From Candidatus Bathyarchaeota archaeon (GTDB lineage: Archaea > Thermoproteota > Bathyarchaeia > 40CM-2-53-6 > DTDX01), in NCBI GenBank assembly GCA_018396815.1, contig JAGTQY010000005.1, positions 7,783-71,782 of the forward strand: DNA of 64,000 nt, written 5' to 3'. Below the pieces are notes generated by a model. The model had not been told where the DNA came from. It did not search any database and saw only the letters and a program-made list of their open reading frames with translations. Of this stretch, positions 9,197 to 18,400 are shown piece by piece (the first letter of the stretch is position 1; each line of letters begins with the position of its first letter). Position numbers and translations under genes: made by a program.

Positions 9197-10240
9197 TTAA
9201 TTTATTATTTTAATGAATTTTCCTATATTTTTCTTTATTGCTTTACGATAAGCAATTTCTGCTGTTACAGCATCTTGAATCGCTAATCCTGTGGATGTAA
9301 ACACTGTAATTTCTTCTTTTTTTTCTCTACCAGGTTTTAAACCTATAATGATTTCACTCAATTCACCCCAAATATCATTTTTTGTTATTATTCCTTTACT
9401 TAATGGAACATTTATTTCACCACTATGAATAGCTTGTTCTAAATCATCCACAATTATTTTAGCTCTTTTCAATATAGCTGGATCTAACTCTTCTTTTCCA
9501 GGAGCATCCGCCCCTATACAATTAAAATGTACCCCAGAATTAATCATATTATTCATAACTAAAGGTTGTCTTGATGGAGTTGTTGTAACAATTATATCTG
9601 ATTTTTCAACAGCTTCCTTTATAGTTTTAACAGCAGTAATTTTACATACATCATTATATTTAGGTTCCATTTCAGCTACAAATTCATCCTTTGTTTGATC
9701 TGGACTCCAAACTTTAACCTCTTCAAATTTTTTAAATACTTCAATAAGGCTAATAAGCTGAGTTCTAGCTTGAGCTCCAGCTCCAATCATACCAACTATT
9801 TTCGAATCTTTTCTTGCAAGGTACTTTGCTGCTACACCCCCTGCAGCACCAGTTCTCATTTCAGTTAAAGTTTTTCCACCCATTATCGCTAAAGGAAAAC
9901 CATTTTTTGGATCTATAAGCACAACCACAGCCATAACTGTTGGTAAACCATACTTCTCTTTATTTCTCACATGTGAATTTACAATTTTAACTGCGGAAAC
10001 ATCATATTTTTCAAGGTAGGATGGCATAACTCTTATATCGCCCTCATATTTATGATAAAAAACATAAAGTTTAGGTGGCATTTGCACTCTTTTAAAACCT
10101 TTTTCAATAAATGCTTTTTCAACGGCTTGAAGAACTTCATTCATAGAAAGAAGCTGTTTCACTTCACTGTCTGTTAATAATAATGTTTCCAAAATTTCGC
10201 CTCCTCCACTAAAAATTTGAATTTTTTTCTTATTACTCAT
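9197..10240 (-). CDS. ornithine cyclodeaminase/mu-crystallin family dehydrogenase (archaeal alanine dehydrogenase-like)
   Basis: Length and layout fit the OCD/mu-crystallin fold, with the Rossmann motif GMIGAGAQARTQ. Confidence 0.7.
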   Translation of the reverse strand: MSNKKKIQIFSGGGEILETLLLTDSEVKQLLSMNEVLQAVEKAFIEKGFKRVQMPPKLYVFYHKYEGDIRVMPSYLEKYDVSAVKIVNSHVRNKEKYGLPTVMAVVVLIDPKNGFPLAIMGGKTLTEMRTGAAGGVAAKYLARKDSKIVGMIGAGAQARTQLISLIEVFKKFEEVKVWSPDQTKDEFVAEMEPKYNDVCKITAVKTIKEAVEKSDIIVTTTPSRQPLVMNNMINSGVHFNCIGADAPGKEELDPAILKRAKIIVDDLEQAIHSGEINVPLSKGIITKNDIWGELSEIIIGLKPGREKKEEITVFTSTGLAIQDAVTAEIAYRKAIKKNIGKFIKIIN

Positions 10241-10399
10241 AAACTATAAAGTTTATGAAAACTTAATAAATTGTGCTTTTCAATTTTACTTCATTCATTA
10301 ATCAAAAAATATACACGAAGTATAGTAAGCATACTAACAACCCTTTAAAAGTGAAATTAATGAAAAATTTTAATAGCAGTTTTATTCTATAATTACTTC

Positions 10400-11110
10400 A
10401 TGAAACTTCTTGTTAGCGTTACGGATGAAATTGAAGCTTTAGAAGCTTTAAAAGGTGGATGCGATATTTTAGATGTTAAAAATCCTAGTGAAGGCGCTTT
10501 AGGCGCGGCACATCCAACTTTAATTAAGAAAATTGTGGAAGCTGCTGAAGGAAAAATAGAAATTAGCGTAACTATAGGTGATTTACCTAATTTACCTGGA
10601 ACAGCTTCTTTAGCAGCTTTAGGTGCAGCTAGTTTAGGTGTAAACTATGTTAAAGCTGGGCTTTATAATGTTAAAAACGTTAATGAAGCTTTAAAAATGG
10701 CAAACTGGATAGTTAAAGCGGTTAAATCTTTTTATCCAAAAGTGAAAGTTATAATTTGTGGTTATGCAGATTATGCTTCCTTAGGTTTATTAAATCCTTT
10801 AAATCTTCCAGATGTAGCTAAAAAAGCTGAAGCTGATGGAATACTTGTAGATGTAAAAAATAAATCTTTTAAAAATCTTTTTCATTACTTAAGTTTTGAA
10901 AATTTAATGAATCTTATTGAGAAAGCTCATAATTATGGTTTAACAGTTGCTTTAGCCGGTTCACTAAACTTAAATGATGTTGAAAAAGTTAAAAAACTTA
11001 AAGCTGATATAATAGGTGTAAGAAGAAGCGTATGTGATTTAAACAACTGGTTAAACGGAAGAATAAAAAGTGAAAAAGTAAAATCTTTTTTTGAAGTTGT
11101 TAAGGCTTAA
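10400..11110 (+). CDS. mfnB: (5-formylfuran-3-yl)methyl phosphate synthase (DUF556), methanofuran biosynthesis
   Basis: N-terminus MKLLVSVTDEIEALEALKGGCDILDVKNPSEGALGA matches the MfnB/DUF556 signature D-x-x-D-V-K-x-P...G-x-LGA. About 236 aa, TIM-barrel size. Confidence 0.8.
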   Translation: MKLLVSVTDEIEALEALKGGCDILDVKNPSEGALGAAHPTLIKKIVEAAEGKIEISVTIGDLPNLPGTASLAALGAASLGVNYVKAGLYNVKNVNEALKMANWIVKAVKSFYPKVKVIICGYADYASLGLLNPLNLPDVAKKAEADGILVDVKNKSFKNLFHYLSFENLMNLIEKAHNYGLTVALAGSLNLNDVEKVKKLKADIIGVRRSVCDLNNWLNGRIKSEKVKSFFEVVKA

Positions 11111-11741
11111 TTATTGTGCATAAAGTTTCTTTATTCAATAAAATTTTCTCAATTCTATCTGGATAAAAACCATTAACAACATAACTTTCAATTTTAACTT
11201 TTTCTATAATTTTTGGGAAAAACTTATCTAAGCAAGATTTATTTTTTTTAAGCCAATTTAGAGAAGCAACTTTAAGAATTTTCCCTTTTTCATCATAAAT
11301 ACCATCTACATCCTTAATTAAAATTAATTTTTCAGCTTTTAAAAGAGCAGCTATATAAGCTGATAAAGTATCTGAAGTAACATTCCAAGAAGGTTTAAAA
11401 TTTGCTTTTATACATGTTTCATAGGGTAAAATTATTGGTAAAACGCCTTTTCTACTTAATTTTATGCATTTCCTTAAAGATTTAACGGGTTGAGAGTTTG
11501 GAGTTAAACTTGCAAGTAAAAGTCCATATAAATCCATTGCTAAAATAGCCATTTCATGAGTTTTCAAGGCTGGAAGATTAAGAATTTCATCGAAATCTCT
11601 AATAATATCAGCGAATTTTCCACCACCTGGAACAATTGTTAAGCTTTTTTCTTTAGCCCATTTACTTGATTTAATGCATAATTTTTTAAGCTTAACAGGA
11701 TCTTTACTTAAGCTTCCTCCAAACTTTAATACAGCCTCCAT
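11100..11741 (-). CDS. amino-acid-kinase-fold small kinase, MfnE-like (COG2054 type)
   Basis: LKFGGSL and VPGGGKFAD motifs of the AAK fold, 213 aa. Its start overlaps the stop of the upstream MfnF-like gene by 16 nt. Confidence 0.6.
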   Translation of the reverse strand: MEAVLKFGGSLSKDPVKLKKLCIKSSKWAKEKSLTIVPGGGKFADIIRDFDEILNLPALKTHEMAILAMDLYGLLLASLTPNSQPVKSLRKCIKLSRKGVLPIILPYETCIKANFKPSWNVTSDTLSAYIAALLKAEKLILIKDVDGIYDEKGKILKVASLNWLKKNKSCLDKFFPKIIEKVKIESYVVNGFYPDRIEKILLNKETLCTIIKP

Positions 11742-12790
11742 TTTTCAGGTTCTCCCTCTAAAAATTCAACTCCCATAAATGCTAAACTAAATGCTGGAGC
11801 AGCTTTAGCTTCAGCTGCACCTACAATTTTTGATAAATCCTTTATTATTTTAAAACCTGTTTTTTCAAGCGCTTTCCAAGCTAAGATTTTTCCACCTAAC
11901 CCAGCTGTATAAGCTGGTTTAAATTTAAGTATTGGGAAATATTCAATAATTTTTTTTAATCCATCAACTATTTGTTGAATTTGAGCTTCATAAACATATT
12001 CAGCAATAGCCTTAACTTCATTGAATGTTAAAAGCTCTAAATCTGCGCATACAACTCTTGCTAATCTTGCTGAAGCCTCATTTAATGATACGCCTCTACC
12101 ATCAGGTGTATCAACTGTATAATCATTTGGTTTTATGTTTCCAAGAATTAAATGAACATCTCCAGATTGAGCAAAAAACTCTGAAGAAACACTAGTTAAT
12201 TCCCCTTTTACAGGAACTTTAGAAACTATGGTTGCAACATTGGTTCTTAAAATCCCTGTGTAAACTAATTCTCCCAGCATAAGTTTTTCTAAATCGTTTT
12301 TCCCTTTAGCTGCAACTTTCCCATTTAAAACAGGAATTATTGATGTTGTTGTGCTTCCAACATCAACAACTATGCAATCTCTAGCTAGTTTTGAAGTTAA
12401 CCATCCTGTAGCAAACCAATTAGCTGCAGCAACCTCCAAAGGTTTTTTTCTTGCTTCTTCAATAGTTAAAAGCTCCCCTTTCACATTTAAAACTTTAACA
12501 TTAACATTTGAAAAAACATTCTCTATAATATTAAGAATATGTGAAACACCTTCTCTTTTAGAAAAATAAACATCCGAAAGCTCAGCTGTCATAGTTAAAG
12601 TTAATAAATCAATATTTGGGAATTCCCTCCTTAATTTTATTAAAGGCTTCTCTAAATTTTCTTTTCCCTTTTTCCAAATTGGAAAATACTCTGTTAAAAC
12701 TTTAGTATTCTTTAAAATTTTATTTTCTGTTTTAATATATGCAGCTTTTATATTTGCTCCTCCAACATCTAAACCTAATACCTCCACCAT
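11726..12790 (-). CDS. hydantoinase-A/ASKHA-fold 'H4MPT-linked C1 transfer pathway protein', MfnF-like
   Basis: LGLDVGGANIKAA and VVDVGSTTTSIIPV are ASKHA phosphate motifs. The size is about 354 aa. The MfnF assignment is from memory of the MJ0840 family. Confidence 0.6.
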   Translation of the reverse strand: MVEVLGLDVGGANIKAAYIKTENKILKNTKVLTEYFPIWKKGKENLEKPLIKLRREFPNIDLLTLTMTAELSDVYFSKREGVSHILNIIENVFSNVNVKVLNVKGELLTIEEARKKPLEVAAANWFATGWLTSKLARDCIVVDVGSTTTSIIPVLNGKVAAKGKNDLEKLMLGELVYTGILRTNVATIVSKVPVKGELTSVSSEFFAQSGDVHLILGNIKPNDYTVDTPDGRGVSLNEASARLARVVCADLELLTFNEVKAIAEYVYEAQIQQIVDGLKKIIEYFPILKFKPAYTAGLGGKILAWKALEKTGFKIIKDLSKIVGAAEAKAAPAFSLAFMGVEFLEGEPEKWRLY

Positions 12791-13953
12791 TTATAAATCG
12801 CCTTAACTCCCTCTTTATTATTTAACTTTTTAATTAAATGAAAATATTTTTTTTCAGCTTCAAAAATATTATTCATCATCACAGCTATAAAACTATACCC
12901 TTCATTACTTTTTTTTAAATTAACTATTGGAGGAGTTAAAAACTCTTTTAAATAAGCAACTTTTAAAATGAATTTTTTAGTTAAATTTTTAAATAATGTT
13001 TTACGGAAGAAGCATGCATTTTTAAAGCTTAAAGTAAACTGAATTGTTCTTCCTAAGCTTGAAGCTAAAATAAATTTAGCTAAGTTAACTTTTGAAGCTT
13101 TACTTAAACCTGCATAAGAAACAGTTAATCTAGGGTTAACTTCAGCAACATAAACTTCTTTTTTTGAAAGTATTAAGTCCACACCTATATATCCTTTTAA
13201 GCCTTTAAAAGCTTCAACAGCTTTCTCAGCTGTTTTTAAAGCTTTAAACTTTAACTTATGGTTTAAAGGTGTAAAACCACCTAAGTACTCTGGGTTATCA
13301 AGCTTTATAAACTGCCTATTTAAAGTTAAAGCTTTAGCTTTAAATCCATTTGAAATTAAAGAAACACTTGCTGGAATACCTTTAATAAACTCTTGAATAA
13401 TAAAGTTGCTTTTGAAAAGTTTTAAACTATTTTTTAATTCTTTAAAGTTTCTAACAATTTTTAAGCCTTCGCATCCAGCGCTTAAGCAAGGTTTAACAAT
13501 TAATGGGAATCTTAAATTTTTTAAATCTTCTTGAATGAAAATTTTAGGTGTTTTTAAATTTTGTTCTTCTAGCGTTATAGCTAAAGTTTCCTTGTTTGAA
13601 GCATGCTTAACAGCTTCTGGTTTAGAGTTTAAGTGAAAACCATCCAATTCTATAAGAATTTTTAAAAGCATGTTATTTGTTTCAGGTGCTATCACATATG
13701 TAAAATCATGTTTTTTAGCTAATTGCCTTAAAAAAGAAAGCTTTAACTCTCCAACTTTAAAAACTTTAGTTTTAACATTAAAACAGTTGATTAAACTTTT
13801 GTTTAAAATTACAGATGTTTCATAACCAGCTTTAATTAAATCCTTAGTTAAAGTTGAAAGCATTGTTAAACCTTCAGAAAGAATACTTGAATTAGCTTTA
13901 AATAAACCTGATGAAGCAGCTTCAAAAACTAAAATTTTTAAATGCTCTTTCAT
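12775..13953 (-). CDS. ATP-grasp ligase, MfnD-like (tyramine-glutamate ligase family, COG2232 type)
   Basis: ATP-grasp core (PLIVKPCLSAGCEGLKIV, IIQEFIKGIPASVS, VAEVNPRLT). I prefer the Met at 13953 (MKEHLKILVFE), which abuts the upstream stop at 13955, over the track start at 13983. Confidence 0.6.
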   Translation of the reverse strand: MKEHLKILVFEAASSGLFKANSSILSEGLTMLSTLTKDLIKAGYETSVILNKSLINCFNVKTKVFKVGELKLSFLRQLAKKHDFTYVIAPETNNMLLKILIELDGFHLNSKPEAVKHASNKETLAITLEEQNLKTPKIFIQEDLKNLRFPLIVKPCLSAGCEGLKIVRNFKELKNSLKLFKSNFIIQEFIKGIPASVSLISNGFKAKALTLNRQFIKLDNPEYLGGFTPLNHKLKFKALKTAEKAVEAFKGLKGYIGVDLILSKKEVYVAEVNPRLTVSYAGLSKASKVNLAKFILASSLGRTIQFTLSFKNACFFRKTLFKNLTKKFILKVAYLKEFLTPPIVNLKKSNEGYSFIAVMMNNIFEAEKKYFHLIKKLNNKEGVKAIYKWWRY

Positions 13954-13954
13954 T

Positions 13955-14680
13955 TTAAAGAAAACCATATTTTTTAAGTTCATTTAAAGAAATTAATTTT
14001 TCATGAAGAGCTGAAGCTATTAAAACTCCATCAACACCTATATGCTTTAAACTTAAAATATCTTCTAAGCTTCTAACTCCTCCACCAGCAAAAACTTTTA
14101 AAGAAGTCTCCTTTTTTACTTTCTCTAAAAAACCTAAATCTAACCCTTTAAAAGATCCAACCCTAGATACATCTATAATTAAACATTCTTTAAAACCAAT
14201 TTTAGAAAAAAATTTTAAACACTCTAAAGGGTTTAAACTTGAAAGCTCTTTTAAAAACGATAAAACTGAGCCATCTTTAAGATCTAAACTTAAAATAATA
14301 TTTTTTAAACCGAATTTTTTAATAGCTTCTCTTGGTAAATCAAGGTTTGGCATAACTTCAGTAGCTAAAACAACTTTGAAAACTCCACAATTTAAACATT
14401 CTTCAATTTCATTTAAGTTTTTTACACCGCAATCTAAAATTAAATTTGTTAAGTTACTTAATTCATTATAAAGCTTAAAGTTTTTAGGTTTACCTGAAAT
14501 AGCATCTAAATCAGCTAAATAAACTTCTTTAAAACCTACTTCTTTTAAATTTTTAATAAGCATTAATAAATTTGATGATGGGCATAACCAACTTTCAAGT
14601 GGTTTATAACTTTCTCTTAAACCCATTTTAGCCCATACAACTAAACCATTTTTAACGTCCACAGCTGGAATAACCTTCAA
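13955..14680 (-). CDS. HisA/HisF-family TIM-barrel protein of the methanogen/methylotroph cofactor set (COG1411 type)
   Basis: MKVIPAVDVKNGLVV, GGGVRSLEDI and GVDGVLIASALH are HisA-like phosphate-binding motifs. It is first in a tightly packed four-gene operon. Confidence 0.7.
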   Translation of the reverse strand: MKVIPAVDVKNGLVVWAKMGLRESYKPLESWLCPSSNLLMLIKNLKEVGFKEVYLADLDAISGKPKNFKLYNELSNLTNLILDCGVKNLNEIEECLNCGVFKVVLATEVMPNLDLPREAIKKFGLKNIILSLDLKDGSVLSFLKELSSLNPLECLKFFSKIGFKECLIIDVSRVGSFKGLDLGFLEKVKKETSLKVFAGGGVRSLEDILSLKHIGVDGVLIASALHEKLISLNELKKYGFL

Positions 14681-14738
14681 TAATTAAATACCCCCTTTTC
14701 CTCCTCGATAAAATAAGTTTACCATAATTCATTAATTA

Positions 14739-15113
14739 TTAAGCGTATTTAACCTCTTCATAAACAAATTGTGAAACTTTTAAAATATTTTTAACGAAAT
14801 TCACAACATTTTCTACATTAAAATCTTTGCATGAATAAATATCTAGAGTAAAGAATTTATATATGTTCCAAGTATATAGCGTCACGCCCGACTCAACCCA
14901 CGCCATGAATCCACCTAATCCTTTATGAACTTCACTTTTCTCGTTTGGAGAAAAAATTAGAGGACCAACTATAACATTCATTTTTAGGAAACCACATAAT
15001 TCATTAAGAAATTTTTTAATAAACTCTTCATTTATATTAACTTCATAAAACCCCTCTATAATTAATCTTTTTCTAAATACTTGAGGTAAAAGGTTTTTCA
15101 AGCGACTCCCCAT
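14739..15113 (-). CDS. S-adenosylmethionine decarboxylase (SpeH)-like pyruvoyl-enzyme family protein, divergent
   Basis: By-eye alignment to SpeH: RLIIEGFYEV ~ HLVAEFYEC, and GGFMAWVESGVTLYTWNIYKFFTLDIYSCK ~ [29 protein letters not shown]. The E-S self-cleavage dipeptide and the Cys are kept. The His five residues after the Ser is Tyr here. Confidence 0.5.
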   Translation of the reverse strand: MGSRLKNLLPQVFRKRLIIEGFYEVNINEEFIKKFLNELCGFLKMNVIVGPLIFSPNEKSEVHKGLGGFMAWVESGVTLYTWNIYKFFTLDIYSCKDFNVENVVNFVKNILKVSQFVYEEVKYA

Positions 15114-15280
15114 TTAAAAGTTTTAACTTATTAATTTTATTATTTACTATTTATTTTTAATTCATAATAGCATTTATATTCACTAAAATTTAACTATTTA
15201 TCGTTAATTATTCGAAACGTTTATATGATTACAATAACCCTTATAACTTTATTGTAAATTGCCATATAAGTGAATCATAT

Positions 15281-15682
15281 ATGCGTAGAGAAGCTCAATT
15301 ATGGTTAAAAGCTAGTTACGAAGATTTAGAGGATGCTAAAGATGCTTTATTAAGGAAAAGATGGTTTAGAGCTGCTTTTTTCGCTCAACAAGCTGTTGAA
15401 AAAGTATTTAAAGCACTTTTTTTTGTTATAAAAAGAGAGGAACCACCGAAAATTCATACAATAACTGAACTTTACTTATCATTAAAAGAACAAAATTTTT
15501 CTTTACCAACTGAACTTGAAGAAAAATTATATACTTTAAACAAGTATTATACAGTAACAAGATATCCTGATGCAGCTAATGGGTTACCAAGCGAAGCTAT
15601 AGATAGAGAAGAAGCTGAAAAAGCCGTTAAAATAGCTGAAACAGTGATTAATGAATGCGAGAAAACATTAAAGCAACAGTAA
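15281..15682 (+). CDS. HEPN domain protein (COG2250 type), toxin-antitoxin partner
   Basis: AFFAQQAVEKVFKAL and YYTVTRYPDA motifs. Overlaps the downstream MNT gene. Confidence 0.8.
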   Translation: MRREAQLWLKASYEDLEDAKDALLRKRWFRAAFFAQQAVEKVFKALFFVIKREEPPKIHTITELYLSLKEQNFSLPTELEEKLYTLNKYYTVTRYPDAANGLPSEAIDREEAEKAVKIAETVINECEKTLKQQ

Positions 15683-16002
15683 AACTGTTTATTGAAGCTT
15701 TATCTGAAAAAATAAAAATTAATGATGCTTATATTTTTGGTAGCAGCATTAAAAATGATTGGCTTAAACATAGCGATATAGACCTTGTAATTGTTTCTCA
15801 AGATTTTAAAAATTTATCTTTCATTAAAAGACTTGATATTATCGAGGAAATTCAATGGAGAAAAAAAATTTTCCCTCATATAAATGCTATACCATTAACA
15901 CAAGAGGAATTAAATGAAAAAATTAAATCTTCAACAGTATTAATGAATGCTTCAAAATACTGGAGAAAAATTATAATAAAAAATAATGAAGTAATTTTTT
16001 AA
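15655..16002 (+). CDS. minimal nucleotidyltransferase (MNT), partner of HEPN
   Basis: The YIFGSS...HSDIDLVIV motif (GS...DxD) is typical of pol-beta-fold MNTs. Confidence 0.8.
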   Translation: MRENIKATVKLFIEALSEKIKINDAYIFGSSIKNDWLKHSDIDLVIVSQDFKNLSFIKRLDIIEEIQWRKKIFPHINAIPLTQEELNEKIKSSTVLMNASKYWRKIIIKNNEVIF

Positions 16003-16751
16003 GCTTTACTTATTAAAGTTTCCTTCACTTTTAGTAATGGAACACCAATTATAACCGATATGATTACTATAAAAACTCTTTCAAAAGGATAAACCCAAAA
16101 TATTGCTCTCCATAATAATTTAAAAGCTTCAGGTGCTTTACCCATGAAGATACCATAAATTGTTTCCCAAAGCAAGCTTCCAGTTAAATGTTGAACCATA
16201 GTTCCTATTAAAGTTAATATTGAAACAGCAATTATTTTAGTTTTCAAGCTTTCACTTAACCATTTAACAGTTTTCTCTCTAACTGGAGAAACAAGAATTA
16301 TGAAAGCTATTAAATGAAGCCAAGGAAAGAAAAATTGTGTTTCAAATTGAGAAAATTTAATTGGAACCGTTATGGCTGTGTATGGATGTAAAAGGAATAA
16401 AACAAAAATTAAAGCGTTTAAACTTATTGCTAAAACAGGTTTCTTCTTAATTATTAAACCAATTATTAAAGCATTCATTAAGGCTGGAAGAAAATCAAAC
16501 CCCATAAAAACTATTGGTTTCCCAGCTAATATAGCTAAAAACGTTCCAATTATTATGCTGAAACCACCTATAAATGGACCTAAAATTAAACCATATAAAG
16601 GAGCTAAAATATCAGCTAAAGCAAATGAACCTCCCGAAACACCTATCATAGGGAACGTTGGAATCATCCTTAAAACAAAGTATAAAGCTGAAAAAACAGC
16701 TATAAGCATTAAAGTCTTCGTTTTTACCATCGTATTGTTCAATTTTACCAC
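15999..16751 (-). CDS. polytopic membrane protein, ECF S-component-like (substrate unknown)
   Basis: About 6-7 predicted TM helices with a Gly-rich helix LILGPFIGGFSIIIG. No ATPase or T component is nearby. Confidence 0.4.
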   Translation of the reverse strand: MVKLNNTMVKTKTLMLIAVFSALYFVLRMIPTFPMIGVSGGSFALADILAPLYGLILGPFIGGFSIIIGTFLAILAGKPIVFMGFDFLPALMNALIIGLIIKKKPVLAISLNALIFVLFLLHPYTAITVPIKFSQFETQFFFPWLHLIAFIILVSPVREKTVKWLSESLKTKIIAVSILTLIGTMVQHLTGSLLWETIYGIFMGKAPEAFKLLWRAIFWVYPFERVFIVIISVIIGVPLLKVKETLISKA

Positions 16752-16825
16752 CCTATGTAAAATATTACAATGGCATAAATGATTTAAGTTGTATATAAGC
16801 TTTATGGTTAACTTTAATTCAACAT

Positions 16826-18400
16826 TTAGAATAAAGAGGAATCTTGAATATAGCTTTTACCTGTTTTTAATGCTATTTGAGCTTTCATAAGTTCAATACC
16901 TAAATAAGCTGCATGATCTAAACGAGAGATTAAACCTTTATTTATAACTTCTCTACAAAGATTTATTGGATCTTTACCTTTAAAAGCAAAATCAGGTTTA
17001 TTGCTTTCATAACTATAATGAACCAAAATAAGGTCTTCAGAGTTTCTATCAATAAATATTTTAAAGCATCCTTTAGGATCATAAATAAATTTATGTTTCC
17101 TTTTAACAGATGTAACTTTAATGTTTTCAAGTTTCATTTCGTTTTTAGCAGTTTTCTCTTTAAGAATTAAAAGGTCTATCCCTAAATCTTTAGGTGGAGA
17201 ACATCTATCTTTAGCTAAAATCATCATTTTTACAGCTGTTGAAAGTTCTTTCACACAACCTTTAGTTTTATTGCTTGCTTCTGTAGTTAATATTATGCTT
17301 GCTTCAAGCTCAAAAGCTAAACCTGCTAAAAAAAGGTTAAGACTATGCGAATCAGCATCCATTAATTCAGTTACGTTTCCAGCTCCAAAAAGAATAGGTA
17401 TACTAGGGTTTCTTTTTATAAAACTCCAGTAAGCAATTAAAGATTCTGTTAAACTTGGTGTTAAAAACGGTTTTAAAATAGGATCAGCTATAACCCATTT
17501 AAAACCAAGCTGTTTCGCAAGTTGAATATTAGCTTCTAAAGCTTTAATTTTCTCTTCAATAGTTTCTGGAAGTCGATTATTTTTTAAAGCTGGAGTAATA
17601 ACCACTGGAGTATCATAAGCAAATTTAGCATCTTTTAAAGTTTCACCATTTAAACTTAAGATTAAATCTACACCAGCTTTAACAGCTGCTTCAATTTCCT
17701 CTAAATCTCCTGAATCAATACTAACTGGTTTATTCACGATTCTTTTTATTACTTTAATTAATTTCTCTGCTTTTTTAGGGTTTCCTTCTCCAGCCACCAT
17801 ACCAACATCTATAATGTCTGCACCTGAATTAACATAGTATACAGCTTTTTCTTTAACTTCTTTTTCGCTTAAAATTGAAGCATCAACAATTTCAGCTAAA
17901 ACTTTTGGTGGAAGCCTTCTAGAAATTAATAATTTATTTTTCCCCTTTCCTATAGGAATAACTTCTTTTAAATCAACTGTTTTTTGAATCCTTTTATAAA
18001 TAATATCCAGCTTTTTTAACGCTTCTTTTTTAATTTGATCTTTAATAAGCTCACATGCAGGTTTAACAGTTGATAAAACAATTTTTCCTTCATTAAGAAG
18101 TTTTAAAACTATAGGAAGATCAGCTGCATGTTTAGGCCCTTTAAAAACTTTAACTTTAAGCATATTAGAAATTATTGATGTATCACCTTGAATTAACCCT
18201 GGAACAAGGATAATATCAACACTTGAAAGATCATGCTTTCTTAATGCTTCTGCAATAAACTTTAATGGTATAAGAGCAGCTACATCTATTGGAAGCGATA
18301 AAACTTTAACGTTTACATTGCTTTCTTTAGAGTATTTTTCAACTTCTTGTTTAGCTAATCTACCTGTAACAATTAAAATGTTCAATGTTAAGTTTTTCAC
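16826..18400 (-). CDS. dihydropteroate synthase-related protein of H4MPT biosynthesis (long MJ0107-like form)
   Basis: Pterin-binding core NSGADIIDVGMVAG, ISIDSGDLEE and ILSLNG. About 524 aa with extra N- and C-terminal domains. Confidence 0.7.
   Translation of the reverse strand: MKNLTLNILIVTGRLAKQEVEKYSKESNVNVKVLSLPIDVAALIPLKFIAEALRKHDLSSVDIILVPGLIQGDTSIISNMLKVKVFKGPKHAADLPIVLKLLNEGKIVLSTVKPACELIKDQIKKEALKKLDIIYKRIQKTVDLKEVIPIGKGKNKLLISRRLPPKVLAEIVDASILSEKEVKEKAVYYVNSGADIIDVGMVAGEGNPKKAEKLIKVIKRIVNKPVSIDSGDLEEIEAAVKAGVDLILSLNGETLKDAKFAYDTPVVITPALKNNRLPETIEEKIKALEANIQLAKQLGFKWVIADPILKPFLTPSLTESLIAYWSFIKRNPSIPILFGAGNVTELMDADSHSLNLFLAGLAFELEASIILTTEASNKTKGCVKELSTAVKMMILAKDRCSPPKDLGIDLLILKEKTAKNEMKLENIKVTSVKRKHKFIYDPKGCFKIFIDRNSEDLILVHYSYESNKPDFAFKGKDPINLCREVINKGLISRLDHAAYLGIELMKAQIALKTGKSYIQDSSLF

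Noticed and set aside
16372-16782. 136-aa ORF antisense to the membrane protein gene
   Set aside because: Lys/Ile/Pro-rich mirror image of a hydrophobic gene on the other strand. The sense gene has coherent TM topology.
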